This document shows positions 26,355 through 35,302 of a DNA stretch of 64,000 nt, piece after piece. Numbering within the stretch: position 1 is the stretch's first letter; each line of letters starts with the position of its first letter. A model generated the notes under the pieces. The model did no database searches. It was not told the DNA's origin and was given only the letters and a program-made list of their open reading frames with translations. The translations under genes and the position numbers were made by a program. The DNA is taken from contig NZ_CP102577.1 in NCBI RefSeq assembly GCF_042231735.1, forward strand, positions 3,103,281 to 3,167,280, in the 5' to 3' direction. The stretch comes from Corallococcus exercitus. GTDB lineage: Bacteria; Myxococcota; Myxococcia; Myxococcales; Myxococcaceae.

Positions 26355-28001
26355 TTGTCCCAGAACCTGTCCATCCGCCGTGGTGACACGCTGAGCGCGC
26401 TCGCGCGCCAGCACGGAACGACGGTCGACGCGCTCGCCAAGGCCAACAACATCAAGGATCCGAACAAGATCCTCGCCGGCCAGAAGCTCGTCGTGCCCGG
26501 GGGCGCGTCCCGTCCCCAGGGCACCACGGCCCAGCAGACGCAGCAGCCCACCCGCCAGGAGCAGACCTCGCGGACCGCGGACGTCTTCACGCCCGCCCAG
26601 ACGCCCACCACGAAGTCGGCCCAGACGTTCCAGGACCCCGTCCGCGCCGACAAGCGCTATCCGACCCGGGACGGCGTGCCCCTCTACAACCAGGGCGACT
26701 CCGACTGGGAGAGCCGCCGGCTGGGCGGCGCGGGCACGGTGGATGCCAAGAGCCGTAACAGCGTCCAGTCGCAGGGCTGCGCCATCTCCTCCACCGCCAT
26801 GGCGCTGAGCGCGCTCAGCGGCCGCACCATCACGCCCCGGGAGATGGACGCGTACCTGGACAAGAGCGGCGGCTACTCCGGCAACGCCGTGAACTTCGAG
26901 AAGACGGGCGGCGTGACGGGCAACGACCCGAAAATCACCGCGCACCGCGAGCGCGGAACGATGTCGCCGGAGCTCATCGACAAGAACCTCGCCGCCGGCA
27001 AGCCGGTGGTGCTGGGCGTGAACTACCGCACCAAGAACACCGCGACCCCGGACCACTGGATCACCGTCACCGGCAAGAACGCGGACGGCACCTACCGCGC
27101 GAATGATCCGAACGGCGGCAAGCCCATCACCCTGCGCCGCGAGGGCAACTCGCTGGTGGCGACCAGCGGCAACCCCTACCGCTCCTACGGCCAGGGCGTG
27201 ACCTTCACCGGCGGCAAGCCGGTGCGCGCCGCGCCCCAGTCCTCCACGTCGGGCGACACCTTCGCCAGCGGCGGCGTCACCGGCACGCCGAACCCCGTCA
27301 CCGCGAAGGCCGGCGGAGAGGTGAACCTGGACGCGAAGCAGACCCGGTCCACCACCTCCACTACGAAGACCCAGCAGACCGGCCCGACCAACGCCGTCAA
27401 CAACGACATCCTGAGCAAGGTGAAGACGACGGGCGCGTCGGCCGCGACGGCGAAGCAGGACAAGGCCCCGGCGGGCGTCGAAGGGTCGCGGAAGATGGCG
27501 GAGAACGACCGCGCGCGCCTGGAGAAGCACAAGGCCACCCTGCAGAAGGTGGCCAAGGAGACCGGCGTGCCGTCCGCGCTCCTCGCGGCCATCGCCAGCC
27601 GCGAGTCCCGGGGTGGCGGCGCGCTGAAGTCCGACGGCACCGCCAAATACGACCCCAATGGCTACGGGCTCATGCAGATCGACAAGAAGCAGAACCCGCA
27701 GCTGATCAAGGGCGGGCCGTACAGCGAGGAGCACATCCGCGAAGCCGCGAACCTGCTCAAGCGCAACCTGGACACGATGAAGAAGGTCCACCCGGACTGG
27801 TCCGAAGCGGATCAGCTCCGCGGTGCCGTCTCCGCCTACAACCGCGGCGTCGGTGAGAGGAACCGCCCGGGCGTCTACGGCAACTCACCCGACGAGATGG
27901 ACCGGGGCAACAAGGCCCGGGGCATCCACGCCTCCACCGGCGGCGACTACTCCGCCGACGTGTGGGCTCGCGCGCAGTACCTGGCCGAGAAGGGCTTCTA
28001 G
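26355..28001 (+). CDS. Multidomain peptidoglycan-hydrolase-like protein: N-terminal LysM, central Cys-peptidase (C39-like/papain-fold) region, C-terminal lytic-transglycosylase/lysozyme-like (SLT) domain; no signal peptide
   Basis: It has a TTG start 6 nt after AGGAGG. LysM is SIRRGDTLSALARQHGTTVDALAKANNIKDPNKILAGQKLVVP. The central block has a Cys (…NSVQSQGCAISSTAMALSAL…) and a His (…PDHWITVTG…). The C-terminal ...IASRESRGGGALKSDGTAKYDPNGYGLMQIDKK... is an SLT catalytic-Glu motif. An in-frame stop lies immediately upstream, so no leader peptide is possible. Confidence 0.7.
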   Translation: MSQNLSIRRGDTLSALARQHGTTVDALAKANNIKDPNKILAGQKLVVPGGASRPQGTTAQQTQQPTRQEQTSRTADVFTPAQTPTTKSAQTFQDPVRADKRYPTRDGVPLYNQGDSDWESRRLGGAGTVDAKSRNSVQSQGCAISSTAMALSALSGRTITPREMDAYLDKSGGYSGNAVNFEKTGGVTGNDPKITAHRERGTMSPELIDKNLAAGKPVVLGVNYRTKNTATPDHWITVTGKNADGTYRANDPNGGKPITLRREGNSLVATSGNPYRSYGQGVTFTGGKPVRAAPQSSTSGDTFASGGVTGTPNPVTAKAGGEVNLDAKQTRSTTSTTKTQQTGPTNAVNNDILSKVKTTGASAATAKQDKAPAGVEGSRKMAENDRARLEKHKATLQKVAKETGVPSALLAAIASRESRGGGALKSDGTAKYDPNGYGLMQIDKKQNPQLIKGGPYSEEHIREAANLLKRNLDTMKKVHPDWSEADQLRGAVSAYNRGVGERNRPGVYGNSPDEMDRGNKARGIHASTGGDYSADVWARAQYLAEKGF

Positions 28002-28075
28002 CCGTCCCCCACCCGGTGCGTCCTCCGCGCGGGGAGGACCCGTCAGGACGCCCGGGTGTGCAGCTGCAACCGTGA

Positions 28076-28125
28076 GACAAAAAAGAGAGCGCTCGCCGGC
28101 ACCTTGGAGTTTTACCGGCGAGCGC
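28076..28125 (-). terminator. Rho-independent terminator candidate (minus-strand orientation): 11-bp perfect stem GCGCTCGCCGG/CCGGCGAGCGC, 15-nt loop, followed on the minus strand by UCUCUUUUUUGUC
   Basis: Stem arms lie at 28089-28099 and 28115-28125. An A6 tract at 28079-28084 on the plus strand gives a U6 tail on the minus strand. It lies ~430 nt downstream of the stop of the minus-strand glycosyltransferase/O-antigen-ligase operon (ends 28557), in a 555-bp ORF-free gap. Confidence 0.5.
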
Positions 28126-28556
28126 CCCGGGCCGCGTGCCGACTGGCAGGGCCTCGTAAAGTCGCGGCGGATGTGAAGCGGCCCGAAGGCCTGGCCCCAC
28201 GCCACCTTCATGTTTCCTGCCGTCCGCCCCGCGTCCCGTGACCTCCGGGCCCCGCGCTCGACGTCCGTCTTCCTCAAAAACCCCTGCGCATCCGCGGTGA
28301 TTCCTGCACCGCCTGATCCGCCACCGCCAGGGTGAGCACGCTTGCCGTCTCCGGCAACATGCGAGGCGCCATTACCACACCCGGCCCACAAACATCCACG
28401 AAAATCGTACTATTCCCATCTATAACCTGCGCACACACAGGCCCTGCCGAGGGAAGTACCTCCCCCTTCCTACGAACGCACCCGCCCCCAATTGCTTGAG
28501 GACGGGCGTGAATTATCCGGATCGGTCTGACATTTCCCGGCCCTGGAGGGCGGGTT

Positions 28557-29690
28557 TCAGCCCGGGGGCAGCCCTGCCACCTGGCGGTACAGGGCGTCAT
28601 GCCGGCCCACCATCTTCTCCAGGGACAGCTCCCGGGCGACGAAGCCCCGAGCGGCCTTGCCCATCTTCCGGGCCTCCTGGGGGTTGGCCAGCAGCCGGCG
28701 GAAGGCCTGGGCCAGCTGGGCGGGCCGCTCCGGCTCCACCACCAGGCCGCGCTCGCCGTCCGTGATGAGGTCCGGATTGCCGCCCACCCGCGTCACCACC
28801 ATGGGCAGCCCGGCCGCCATGCCCTCCATCACCGCGTTGGACATGCCCTCCGCGGTGGAGCACAGGACGCCGAAGGTGGCCCGTCCGTAGAGGGCCGGGA
28901 CGTCGCTCCGGTGCCCGAGGAAGCGCACCCCGTCCGCCACCCCCAGCTCGTGCGCCAGCTTCTCCAGCTCCGGCCGGCGCGGCCCGTCTCCCACGAGCCA
29001 GGCGTTCAGCCTCGTCCCCTCATGACGCAGCATGGCAAGCGCGAGGAGCAGGTCCTCCTGCCGCTTCACGGGGTGGTTCATGTTGGCGACGTGGATGACG
29101 GTGGGCGCGCCGCCGGTGTCCGGGACGGCGGCCTTGAGCCCCTCCGCCGCGCGCGCGTCGAAGCGCTGGAGGTCCAGGCCGTTGTGGATGACGGAGATGC
29201 GCGAGGCGGGCAGCCCCTCCTCGTGGATGAGCAGCTGGCGGATGGCCTCCGCGTTGGCGACGACGTGGTCCGCCAGGCGCGTCATCCGCGCGTGCAGCAG
29301 GCGGCGGGCCTTGCCCTGCCAGTGGGACAGGTCCAGCCGGCCGACGATGACCTTCGCGCCCGCGAGCTTCGCGGCCGGCACCGCGAGGATGCTGGAGTAG
29401 AAGTCGTGCACGTGCACCAGCTGCACGCGGTTGGCCTTGAGCCAGCGGGACATCCGGTGGATCTGGAACAGCGTGTTGGGCTTGAGCAGCGACCCTTCGA
29501 GGGAGAACACCTCCGGCGCGTGGCCCAGCTTCCAGACCGAGCCCATCAGCGGCCCTTCCTCCTCCAGCACCGACACCTGCAACCGGTAGCTGGAGGGCAG
29601 GCCTCGCAGCAGCTCCAGCACCTGGACCTCGGTGCCGCCAATGTGGAACGACCGGGTGAACTGCACCAGGCGGAGGGGCTCCTGCCCCAT
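28557..29690 (-). CDS. Glycosyltransferase family 4 (GT-B, RfaG-like)
   Basis: The Glycos_transf_1 signature is ...GVLCSTAEGMSNAVMEGMAAGLPMVVTRVGGNPDLI...GLVVEP.... The start was chosen at the MGQEPLRL ATG (29690) with a GAGGA RBS. An alternative start is 29711. Confidence 0.85.
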   Translation of the reverse strand: MGQEPLRLVQFTRSFHIGGTEVQVLELLRGLPSSYRLQVSVLEEEGPLMGSVWKLGHAPEVFSLEGSLLKPNTLFQIHRMSRWLKANRVQLVHVHDFYSSILAVPAAKLAGAKVIVGRLDLSHWQGKARRLLHARMTRLADHVVANAEAIRQLLIHEEGLPASRISVIHNGLDLQRFDARAAEGLKAAVPDTGGAPTVIHVANMNHPVKRQEDLLLALAMLRHEGTRLNAWLVGDGPRRPELEKLAHELGVADGVRFLGHRSDVPALYGRATFGVLCSTAEGMSNAVMEGMAAGLPMVVTRVGGNPDLITDGERGLVVEPERPAQLAQAFRRLLANPQEARKMGKAARGFVARELSLEKMVGRHDALYRQVAGLPPG

Positions 29691-29700
29691 CCGCGCATCC

Positions 29701-30984
29701 TCACGCCGCATGCCCAGACCCCTCCCACGTGGCCACCGGTGCCTGGTCCAGCGCCGGCTGCCTCCCCACCGCCAGGGCGCGCTCCCGTGCCTGCGCGATG
29801 CGGTGCGCGCTCGCGGCCAGGCCGAAGAGCACGTAGCAGTGCGCGGACAGGATGTAGCCCGAGAACAAGTCACAGATGAGGTAGCCCGCCACCGCCGCGG
29901 ACAGCGCTCTGGCCAGCCACCCCATTTCCGAGTCCGCCGACGCGGCCACCGCCCCGCCCACGGCCCCGCCCGAGAACACCAGGAAGCACAGGAGGCCAAT
30001 CCACCCGAGCTCCCCGATGACGTCGAGGAAGATGTTGTGCGCCACGTAGGCGCGGCGCGCCTCCGGCGGCGCGTACTCGAACCAGGCGTAGCGGAAGCCG
30101 CCCGCGCCCACGCCCAGAAGCGGCTTGTCCAGGCTCATGCGGCTGGCCACCTGCCACGCGTAGACGCGGCCCATGGCGGACGCGTCCTCGTGGAACGACG
30201 TCACCGTCTCGTTGCGCTGCCAGAAGCTCTTGGGCGCGAACACCGCCAGGCCCGCGACGAACACGGTGCCCAGCACGATGGCCTGCATGCGGCGCTTCTC
30301 ACGGATGGCCCACATGGCCATGGCCACCGACAGGCCGATGAAGCCGCCGCGCGAGTGCGACAGCACGATGGCCACCACCGCCAGCACCGCGGACACCGCG
30401 CACAGCACGCGGAACACCCACGGGGTGCTCTTGCGCGCGAGGAACGCCACCGCGAGCGGCACCACCAGCACCATGTTCATGGCCATGTGGTTGGGGTCCG
30501 CGTACACGCCGACCCAGCGCGAGCGGAAGCCCTCCACCATGTTCTCGCCGACGATGTACCAGTTGATGACGCCAATAGACGTCACGATGGCGGCCAGCAC
30601 CATGGCGCCGCACATCACCGCCAGCCGCTTGGGCGTGGTGATGACGTTGACGAGCGTCAGGTAGATGGCCGTGAGCTTCAAGAGCTCCACGCCCTGGAAG
30701 CGCGTCACCTCCGGGTTCACGCTCCACGCCACCGAGCAGAACGCCAGCGACGAGAACGCCAGCAGCGCGATGCCCCGCGCCCCGTCGAAGAAGATGGGCT
30801 CCGCCTTGCCAATGCGGCGCATCACCATCAAGCCCGCGCCCAGCCCTGACGTCAGCAGCGCGAGCCGCAGCGGCTCCAGCGCGGGGATCCACTCACCCGG
30901 CACCGCGTACATCACCGCCGCGAACGCCGCGAGCATGTAGAAAGCCAGTACGTCGCGACGCTGCCCATCCGCGCCCGGTCCCAT
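29701..30984 (-). CDS. O-antigen ligase / Wzy-like polymerase family integral membrane protein
   Basis: It has >=10 predicted TM helices. The Wzy_C-type loop has a conserved His/Arg (…SHSRGGFIGL… and …YVAHNIFLDVIGELGWIGL…). Its 3' end overlaps the GT4 start (operon). Confidence 0.8.
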   Translation of the reverse strand: MGPGADGQRRDVLAFYMLAAFAAVMYAVPGEWIPALEPLRLALLTSGLGAGLMVMRRIGKAEPIFFDGARGIALLAFSSLAFCSVAWSVNPEVTRFQGVELLKLTAIYLTLVNVITTPKRLAVMCGAMVLAAIVTSIGVINWYIVGENMVEGFRSRWVGVYADPNHMAMNMVLVVPLAVAFLARKSTPWVFRVLCAVSAVLAVVAIVLSHSRGGFIGLSVAMAMWAIREKRRMQAIVLGTVFVAGLAVFAPKSFWQRNETVTSFHEDASAMGRVYAWQVASRMSLDKPLLGVGAGGFRYAWFEYAPPEARRAYVAHNIFLDVIGELGWIGLLCFLVFSGGAVGGAVAASADSEMGWLARALSAAVAGYLICDLFSGYILSAHCYVLFGLAASAHRIAQARERALAVGRQPALDQAPVATWEGSGHAA

Positions 30985-31212
30985 GTACCCCACCCCTTCG
31001 CTGTCGGTCGCTCGTCCCGTCACACGCGTGCCCCTGGCCCTCGTGGATTCCTGGCCGTCGGGTTCTTGCCAGGTGGCAAGAAGCAACGGCGAACAGCTAG
31101 CGGGCGAGGGGCAAAGCAGCGCGCGTGCCAGGGGATGGCAGCGAAAGAGGCCTGTGTCTTCGGGCGGTTGCGAGGCCGCCCTGGACCGCCGGGCCGGGCA
31201 AGGCTGAAAAAG

Positions 31213-32874
31213 CTACGGGACCGGCGCGCTCTCCATCGGTAGGACCGCGGAGGCGATCACATCCAAGCGCCCCTCGCGCAGCCACGCCGGGCCCAGCTCC
31301 GACAGCAGCCGCGCCAGCGTGCTGTTCACCACCCGACGCAGCTCCTCGCGAGCCGCTTCCGGCACCGCGGGGGACAGCGCCGCCACCGCGCGCTCCGCCG
31401 CGCTCGCCCTGAGGCGCGGGGACTCCGGGGGGCCCTCGAAGAGGCGCTGCCCCAGCTCCGCCGTGCGCCCCAGCGGCACGGGCCGCACGTCCACGCGCTC
31501 CTCCAGCACGGCCATGGACACGCCCGCCGCCCACAGCCGCTCCACGCCCAGCACGTCCAGCGACACGCCGAAGCGCGCCAGCACGGTGCGCGCCGCGTCC
31601 TCGTTGCCGCCCAGCAGCGCGCCCAGCGCCGCCACCTGGCCTTCCGCGCGCGCGAGCAGCACCTCCGAGCCGGCCACCTCCCGGAGCGAGCGGAACGGCA
31701 CGGCCTCCGCGCCAGGGACGCGCAGGGCCCTGCGGGGACGCTTGCGGCGGAGGGCCTCCAGCGCGGCGGCCTCCTCCGGGAGCACCAGCGGCACGTCGTC
31801 CAGCTTCACGAAGGGCGCCTTGAAGAGGCGGTCCGCGCGGTACTTGAGCTGGAGCGTCAGCGTGAAGCCCACCTGGAAGACGCGGCGCAGGGGCGTGTCG
31901 CGCAGCACCTCCGGCGCCTTCGCGGGGTCCGCGCCCGTCAGGTGCTCCAGGCCCAGCGACAGGTAGTCGCGCACCCACTCGCCCACGCGGCGCACGGCGT
32001 CCAGGTCGCCCGGGTCGCCCAGCTCCGCGACGAGCACCGCGTTGGCCACCTCCCGCAGCTCGTCCTCCGCGTTCATCCGCTCCACGTCGGACAGGTCGCG
32101 GAAGGCCGCCTCCAGGTAGTCCACGTGGCCGCCCGCGGCGGTGAGCGCGGGCGTCCCGGCCCCCTTGGGGCGCGGCGGCACGTCCACGCGGCTGAAGAGC
32201 GTCAGGGCGTCCTCCAGCGAGGGGAAGCCCAGGTCGGACAGGCGCGCGCGGCGGAACTGGAACGCGGTCTCCTCCAGCTCGGAGGGAATCTCCCAGCGCA
32301 CGGCCTCGAAGAGGCGCACGGCTTCGAAGGGGTTCTCCGCGATGAGGTCGTTGAGGAGCGCGCGCATGGCGGACATCTCCACGCCCTCCACCTTGATCTC
32401 CACCAGGTAGCGCCCTTCCGGGGTCTCCAGCGTCATGCCCTGCGGGTTGACGTCCGGGTTCTCCTCCAGGTCGTGGACGACGGTGAACTCCTTGAGGAGC
32501 GTCTCCACCACCTCCAGGTCCACCGCGTGCACCTTGCGCAGGAAGTCCTCCTGCTCGTCCCCGCGCGCGGCGCGCAGCCAGGTGAGCACCGCGTGCGGCT
32601 CCAGCTTGTCCTTCGCCCAGCCGCCCAGGTCCACGAAGGTGCGGAACTGCGCGGGGGAGGCCAGCTGCACGAGCTCCGTCGTGTCCGCCAGCCCCACCTC
32701 CTGGATGGTGACGTAGAGGTCCTCCGCCGGCAGTGAGCGCACCAGCGCGGCCGTGTCCTCCGCGTCGAAGAGCGCCGCCACCCGCTGGCGTGGGGACAGG
32801 CGCATCAACCGCTGACGCTCCTCGCGGGGCGCGAGGGGCGAACCACCACCATTCGTCTTGCCGTTCTGGGACAC
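31213..32874 (-). CDS. Conserved hypothetical protein (553 aa), acidic, no recognised domain
   Basis: It is a long ORF with strong GC3 bias. It shows no transmembrane or signal features and I do not recognise any motifs. Confidence 0.55.
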   Translation of the reverse strand: MSQNGKTNGGGSPLAPREERQRLMRLSPRQRVAALFDAEDTAALVRSLPAEDLYVTIQEVGLADTTELVQLASPAQFRTFVDLGGWAKDKLEPHAVLTWLRAARGDEQEDFLRKVHAVDLEVVETLLKEFTVVHDLEENPDVNPQGMTLETPEGRYLVEIKVEGVEMSAMRALLNDLIAENPFEAVRLFEAVRWEIPSELEETAFQFRRARLSDLGFPSLEDALTLFSRVDVPPRPKGAGTPALTAAGGHVDYLEAAFRDLSDVERMNAEDELREVANAVLVAELGDPGDLDAVRRVGEWVRDYLSLGLEHLTGADPAKAPEVLRDTPLRRVFQVGFTLTLQLKYRADRLFKAPFVKLDDVPLVLPEEAAALEALRRKRPRRALRVPGAEAVPFRSLREVAGSEVLLARAEGQVAALGALLGGNEDAARTVLARFGVSLDVLGVERLWAAGVSMAVLEERVDVRPVPLGRTAELGQRLFEGPPESPRLRASAAERAVAALSPAVPEAAREELRRVVNSTLARLLSELGPAWLREGRLDVIASAVLPMESAPVP

Positions 32875-32913
32875 GCCGGGGGTGCTACCACAGCGCGCCC
32901 GGCCCCGGCAGCC

Positions 32914-33534
32914 TCAGACGCGGGTGGCCTTGCCGAAGGTGTCCAGCAGCGTGCCCCACACCTCCTCCACGCCCAGCTTCTCCGTGGAGGAGAACGGGAT
33001 GACCGCCTCGCGGGGCAGCTCCAGCTGCTCCGCCAGCTTGTGCAGCCGGGGCTTGCGCTGCGCCTTCGTCAGCCGGTCCACCTTGGTGGCCACGACGAGG
33101 ATGCGGCGGTTGTGCTCCTGGAGGTAGTCCAGCGTCTGCATGTCCTCCGGCGTCGGGCCCACTTCCGCGTCGATGATGCTCACCACCACCTCCAGCCGGT
33201 GCCGGTTCTTGAGGTAGGTGGTGATCATCTCCTGCCACTGGGCCTTGTCCGCCTTGCTCGCCTTGGCGAAGCCGTAGCCGGGCAGGTCCGCCAGGCGCAC
33301 CGTGTGGCGCACGCCGTCGCGGTCCAGGTCCACGTCGAAGAAGTTGAGCGTGCGGGTGCGCCCCGGCGTGTTGGACACGCGCACCAGCTTCCGCCGGTTC
33401 GTCAGGGCGTTGATCATGGACGACTTGCCGACGTTGGAGCGGCCGACGAAGGCCACCTCCGCGGCGTGGTCCGTGGGCAGGCCCTTGAGCTCCACGGCGG
33501 TGGTGACGAAGCGGGCGTCGATAATCTTGATCAA
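32914..33534 (-). CDS. engB: Ribosome-biogenesis GTPase YihA/EngB
   Basis: The G1 motif is GRSNVGKSS, G3 is DLPGYG and G4 is TKVD. Its size (206 aa) is typical of EngB. Confidence 0.9.
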   Translation of the reverse strand: MIKIIDARFVTTAVELKGLPTDHAAEVAFVGRSNVGKSSMINALTNRRKLVRVSNTPGRTRTLNFFDVDLDRDGVRHTVRLADLPGYGFAKASKADKAQWQEMITTYLKNRHRLEVVVSIIDAEVGPTPEDMQTLDYLQEHNRRILVVATKVDRLTKAQRKPRLHKLAEQLELPREAVIPFSSTEKLGVEEVWGTLLDTFGKATRV

Positions 33535-33545
33535 GCGGGGGTCAC

Positions 33546-34061
33546 TTACTTCTTCGCCGTGGCGGGAGCCGGCGTCGTGGGGGCAGGGGTCGCGTCCGCG
33601 CGGGTCTGCTTGCGGGCACGTTCGGCGGACCAGTGGTCGATGGCCTTCAGCGCTTCCTTGAAGTCGAACGGACGCAGGGACGGCGACGAGGCGTCATGGC
33701 AGGTGCGGCACTGCTTCTCCGACGGGTCCACCAGGCCCACCAGCCGCGCCAGCTCCGGGTCCTTCATCACGTAGGACGGAGAGTAGTACTGCCCGCCGCC
33801 GTGGCACGTCTCGCAGGTGACGGCCGACAGCTGCTGCTCCGCCTGGTCCGGCGCGTGGCAGGACAGGCAGCGCGCGTCCTTCTTCTGCCCTTCCGCCAGC
33901 GTCTCCGTGGCGCGGGCGTGCTTGGACTTCATCCACGCGTCGTACGCCTCCGGGTGGCAGCCCTTGCAGCTGTCGGGACCCGTGAAGTCCGCGGCGCCAG
34001 CGAGGCCACCACACACGGCGAGCAGGAGGGCGGAAAAGACCCGGAAGGCACGAGAAGACAT
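33546..34061 (-). CDS. Small periplasmic tetrahaem c-type cytochrome
   Basis: It has a signal peptide (MSSRAFRVFSALLLAVCGGLAGA) and four CxxCH motifs (CKGCH, CLSCH, CETCH, CRTCH) in ~170 aa. The long ORF-track extension upstream is not supported. Confidence 0.8.
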   Translation of the reverse strand: MSSRAFRVFSALLLAVCGGLAGAADFTGPDSCKGCHPEAYDAWMKSKHARATETLAEGQKKDARCLSCHAPDQAEQQLSAVTCETCHGGGQYYSPSYVMKDPELARLVGLVDPSEKQCRTCHDASSPSLRPFDFKEALKAIDHWSAERARKQTRADATPAPTTPAPATAKK

Positions 34062-34196
34062 GCCTTGAGCACGTAGCAGAGGCCCCTGGAGGGGGCAAGG
34101 CGTCTCGTTCGTGATTGAATACCGGGTGGACAGGTGCGTGGCTTGAGGTAACGGACCTTGAGACGTGCCTGCCTGATCCGCTAGGGAGGAGTCGAG

Positions 34197-34679
34197 ATGC
34201 GGACCCCCGTGATTGCCGTCCTGTTCGCCGTTGCCGTCGCTGTCGTCTCCCTGCCTGCTTCCGCCAAGCCGTGGCAGGGCATCGAGCCCGGGTCCTCCAA
34301 GAAGGAGGACGTGGTGAAGAAGTTCGGGGAGCCGTCCCGGACCATGAGCCAGGACGGCAAGGAGATATTGGCCTACTTCGCCAAGGAGGCCATCAAGGGC
34401 ACCACCCAGGCCCAGTTCAAGGTGGACCCGGCCACCCAGCTGGTGGAGCGCATCGACGTGTTCCCCGCGCCCGTCATCGAGAAGGACACCATCGAGAACA
34501 GCTACGGCCCCGCGTGCCCGGCCGGCGCCATGCCCGCCACGCCCTGCTACCTGCGCAAGCTCACGGACGACTTCCGCACCTACTTCCTCTACGTGAAGCT
34601 GGGCGTGGCCATCTTCTTCAACGAGGACGGCAAGACGGTGCAGTCCTTCGTCTTCACCACGCCCAAGGCCGCGAAGTAG
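34197..34679 (+). CDS. Secreted hypothetical protein (160 aa)
   Basis: It has a signal peptide (MRTPVIAVLFAVAVAVVSLPASA). I recognise no domain. Confidence 0.55.
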   Translation: MRTPVIAVLFAVAVAVVSLPASAKPWQGIEPGSSKKEDVVKKFGEPSRTMSQDGKEILAYFAKEAIKGTTQAQFKVDPATQLVERIDVFPAPVIEKDTIENSYGPACPAGAMPATPCYLRKLTDDFRTYFLYVKLGVAIFFNEDGKTVQSFVFTTPKAAK

Positions 34680-34682
34680 CCC

Positions 34683-35279
34683 GTGCACGTCTTCGGCCTG
34701 ACGGGCGGCATCGCCTCCGGCAAGAGCACGGTGAGCCGGATGCTGCGGGAGCTGGGCGCGCGCGTGCTGGACGCGGACGTGCTCGCCCGGGAGGTGGTGG
34801 AGCCCGGCACGCCCGGCCTCCAGCGCATCTCGGAGCGCTTCCCCGGCGTGGTGGGCCCCGACGGCCGCCTGGACCGGGTGAAGCTGGGCGCGCACATCTT
34901 CGCGGACCCCGCGGAGAGGGCCGCCCTCAACGCCATCGTGCACCCGGAGGTGCGCGCCCTCTTCCTCCAGAAGCTCCAGGCGCTGGAGGCCGAAGGCGTC
35001 ACCCACGCCGTCTACGACGTGCCGCTGCTGATTGAAACCGGGCTGCACGCGGCGATGGCGGGCGTGGCCGTGGTGTGGGTGCCGCGCGAGGTGCAGAAGG
35101 CGCGGCTGATGGCGCGCGACGGGCTGGACGCGGCCCAGGCGGAAGCCCGCCTCCAGGCGCAGATGGCGCTGGATGACAAGCGCGCGCACGCGACGTGGGT
35201 CATCGACAACAGCGGCGCTCCAGAGGCCACCCGCCCGCAGGTGGAGGCGGTGTGGCGGGCGATGCTCGCGCACGGCTGA
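34683..35279 (+). CDS. coaE: Dephospho-CoA kinase
   Basis: It has a GTG start. The P-loop is GLTGGIASGKST and the overall layout is CoaE-like (…VLDADVLAREVV…IVHPEV…YDVPLL…). Confidence 0.85.
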   Translation: MHVFGLTGGIASGKSTVSRMLRELGARVLDADVLAREVVEPGTPGLQRISERFPGVVGPDGRLDRVKLGAHIFADPAERAALNAIVHPEVRALFLQKLQALEAEGVTHAVYDVPLLIETGLHAAMAGVAVVWVPREVQKARLMARDGLDAAQAEARLQAQMALDDKRAHATWVIDNSGAPEATRPQVEAVWRAMLAHG

Positions 35280-35302
35280 CGGGCGGTTATGCTGCGCCGC
35301 GC

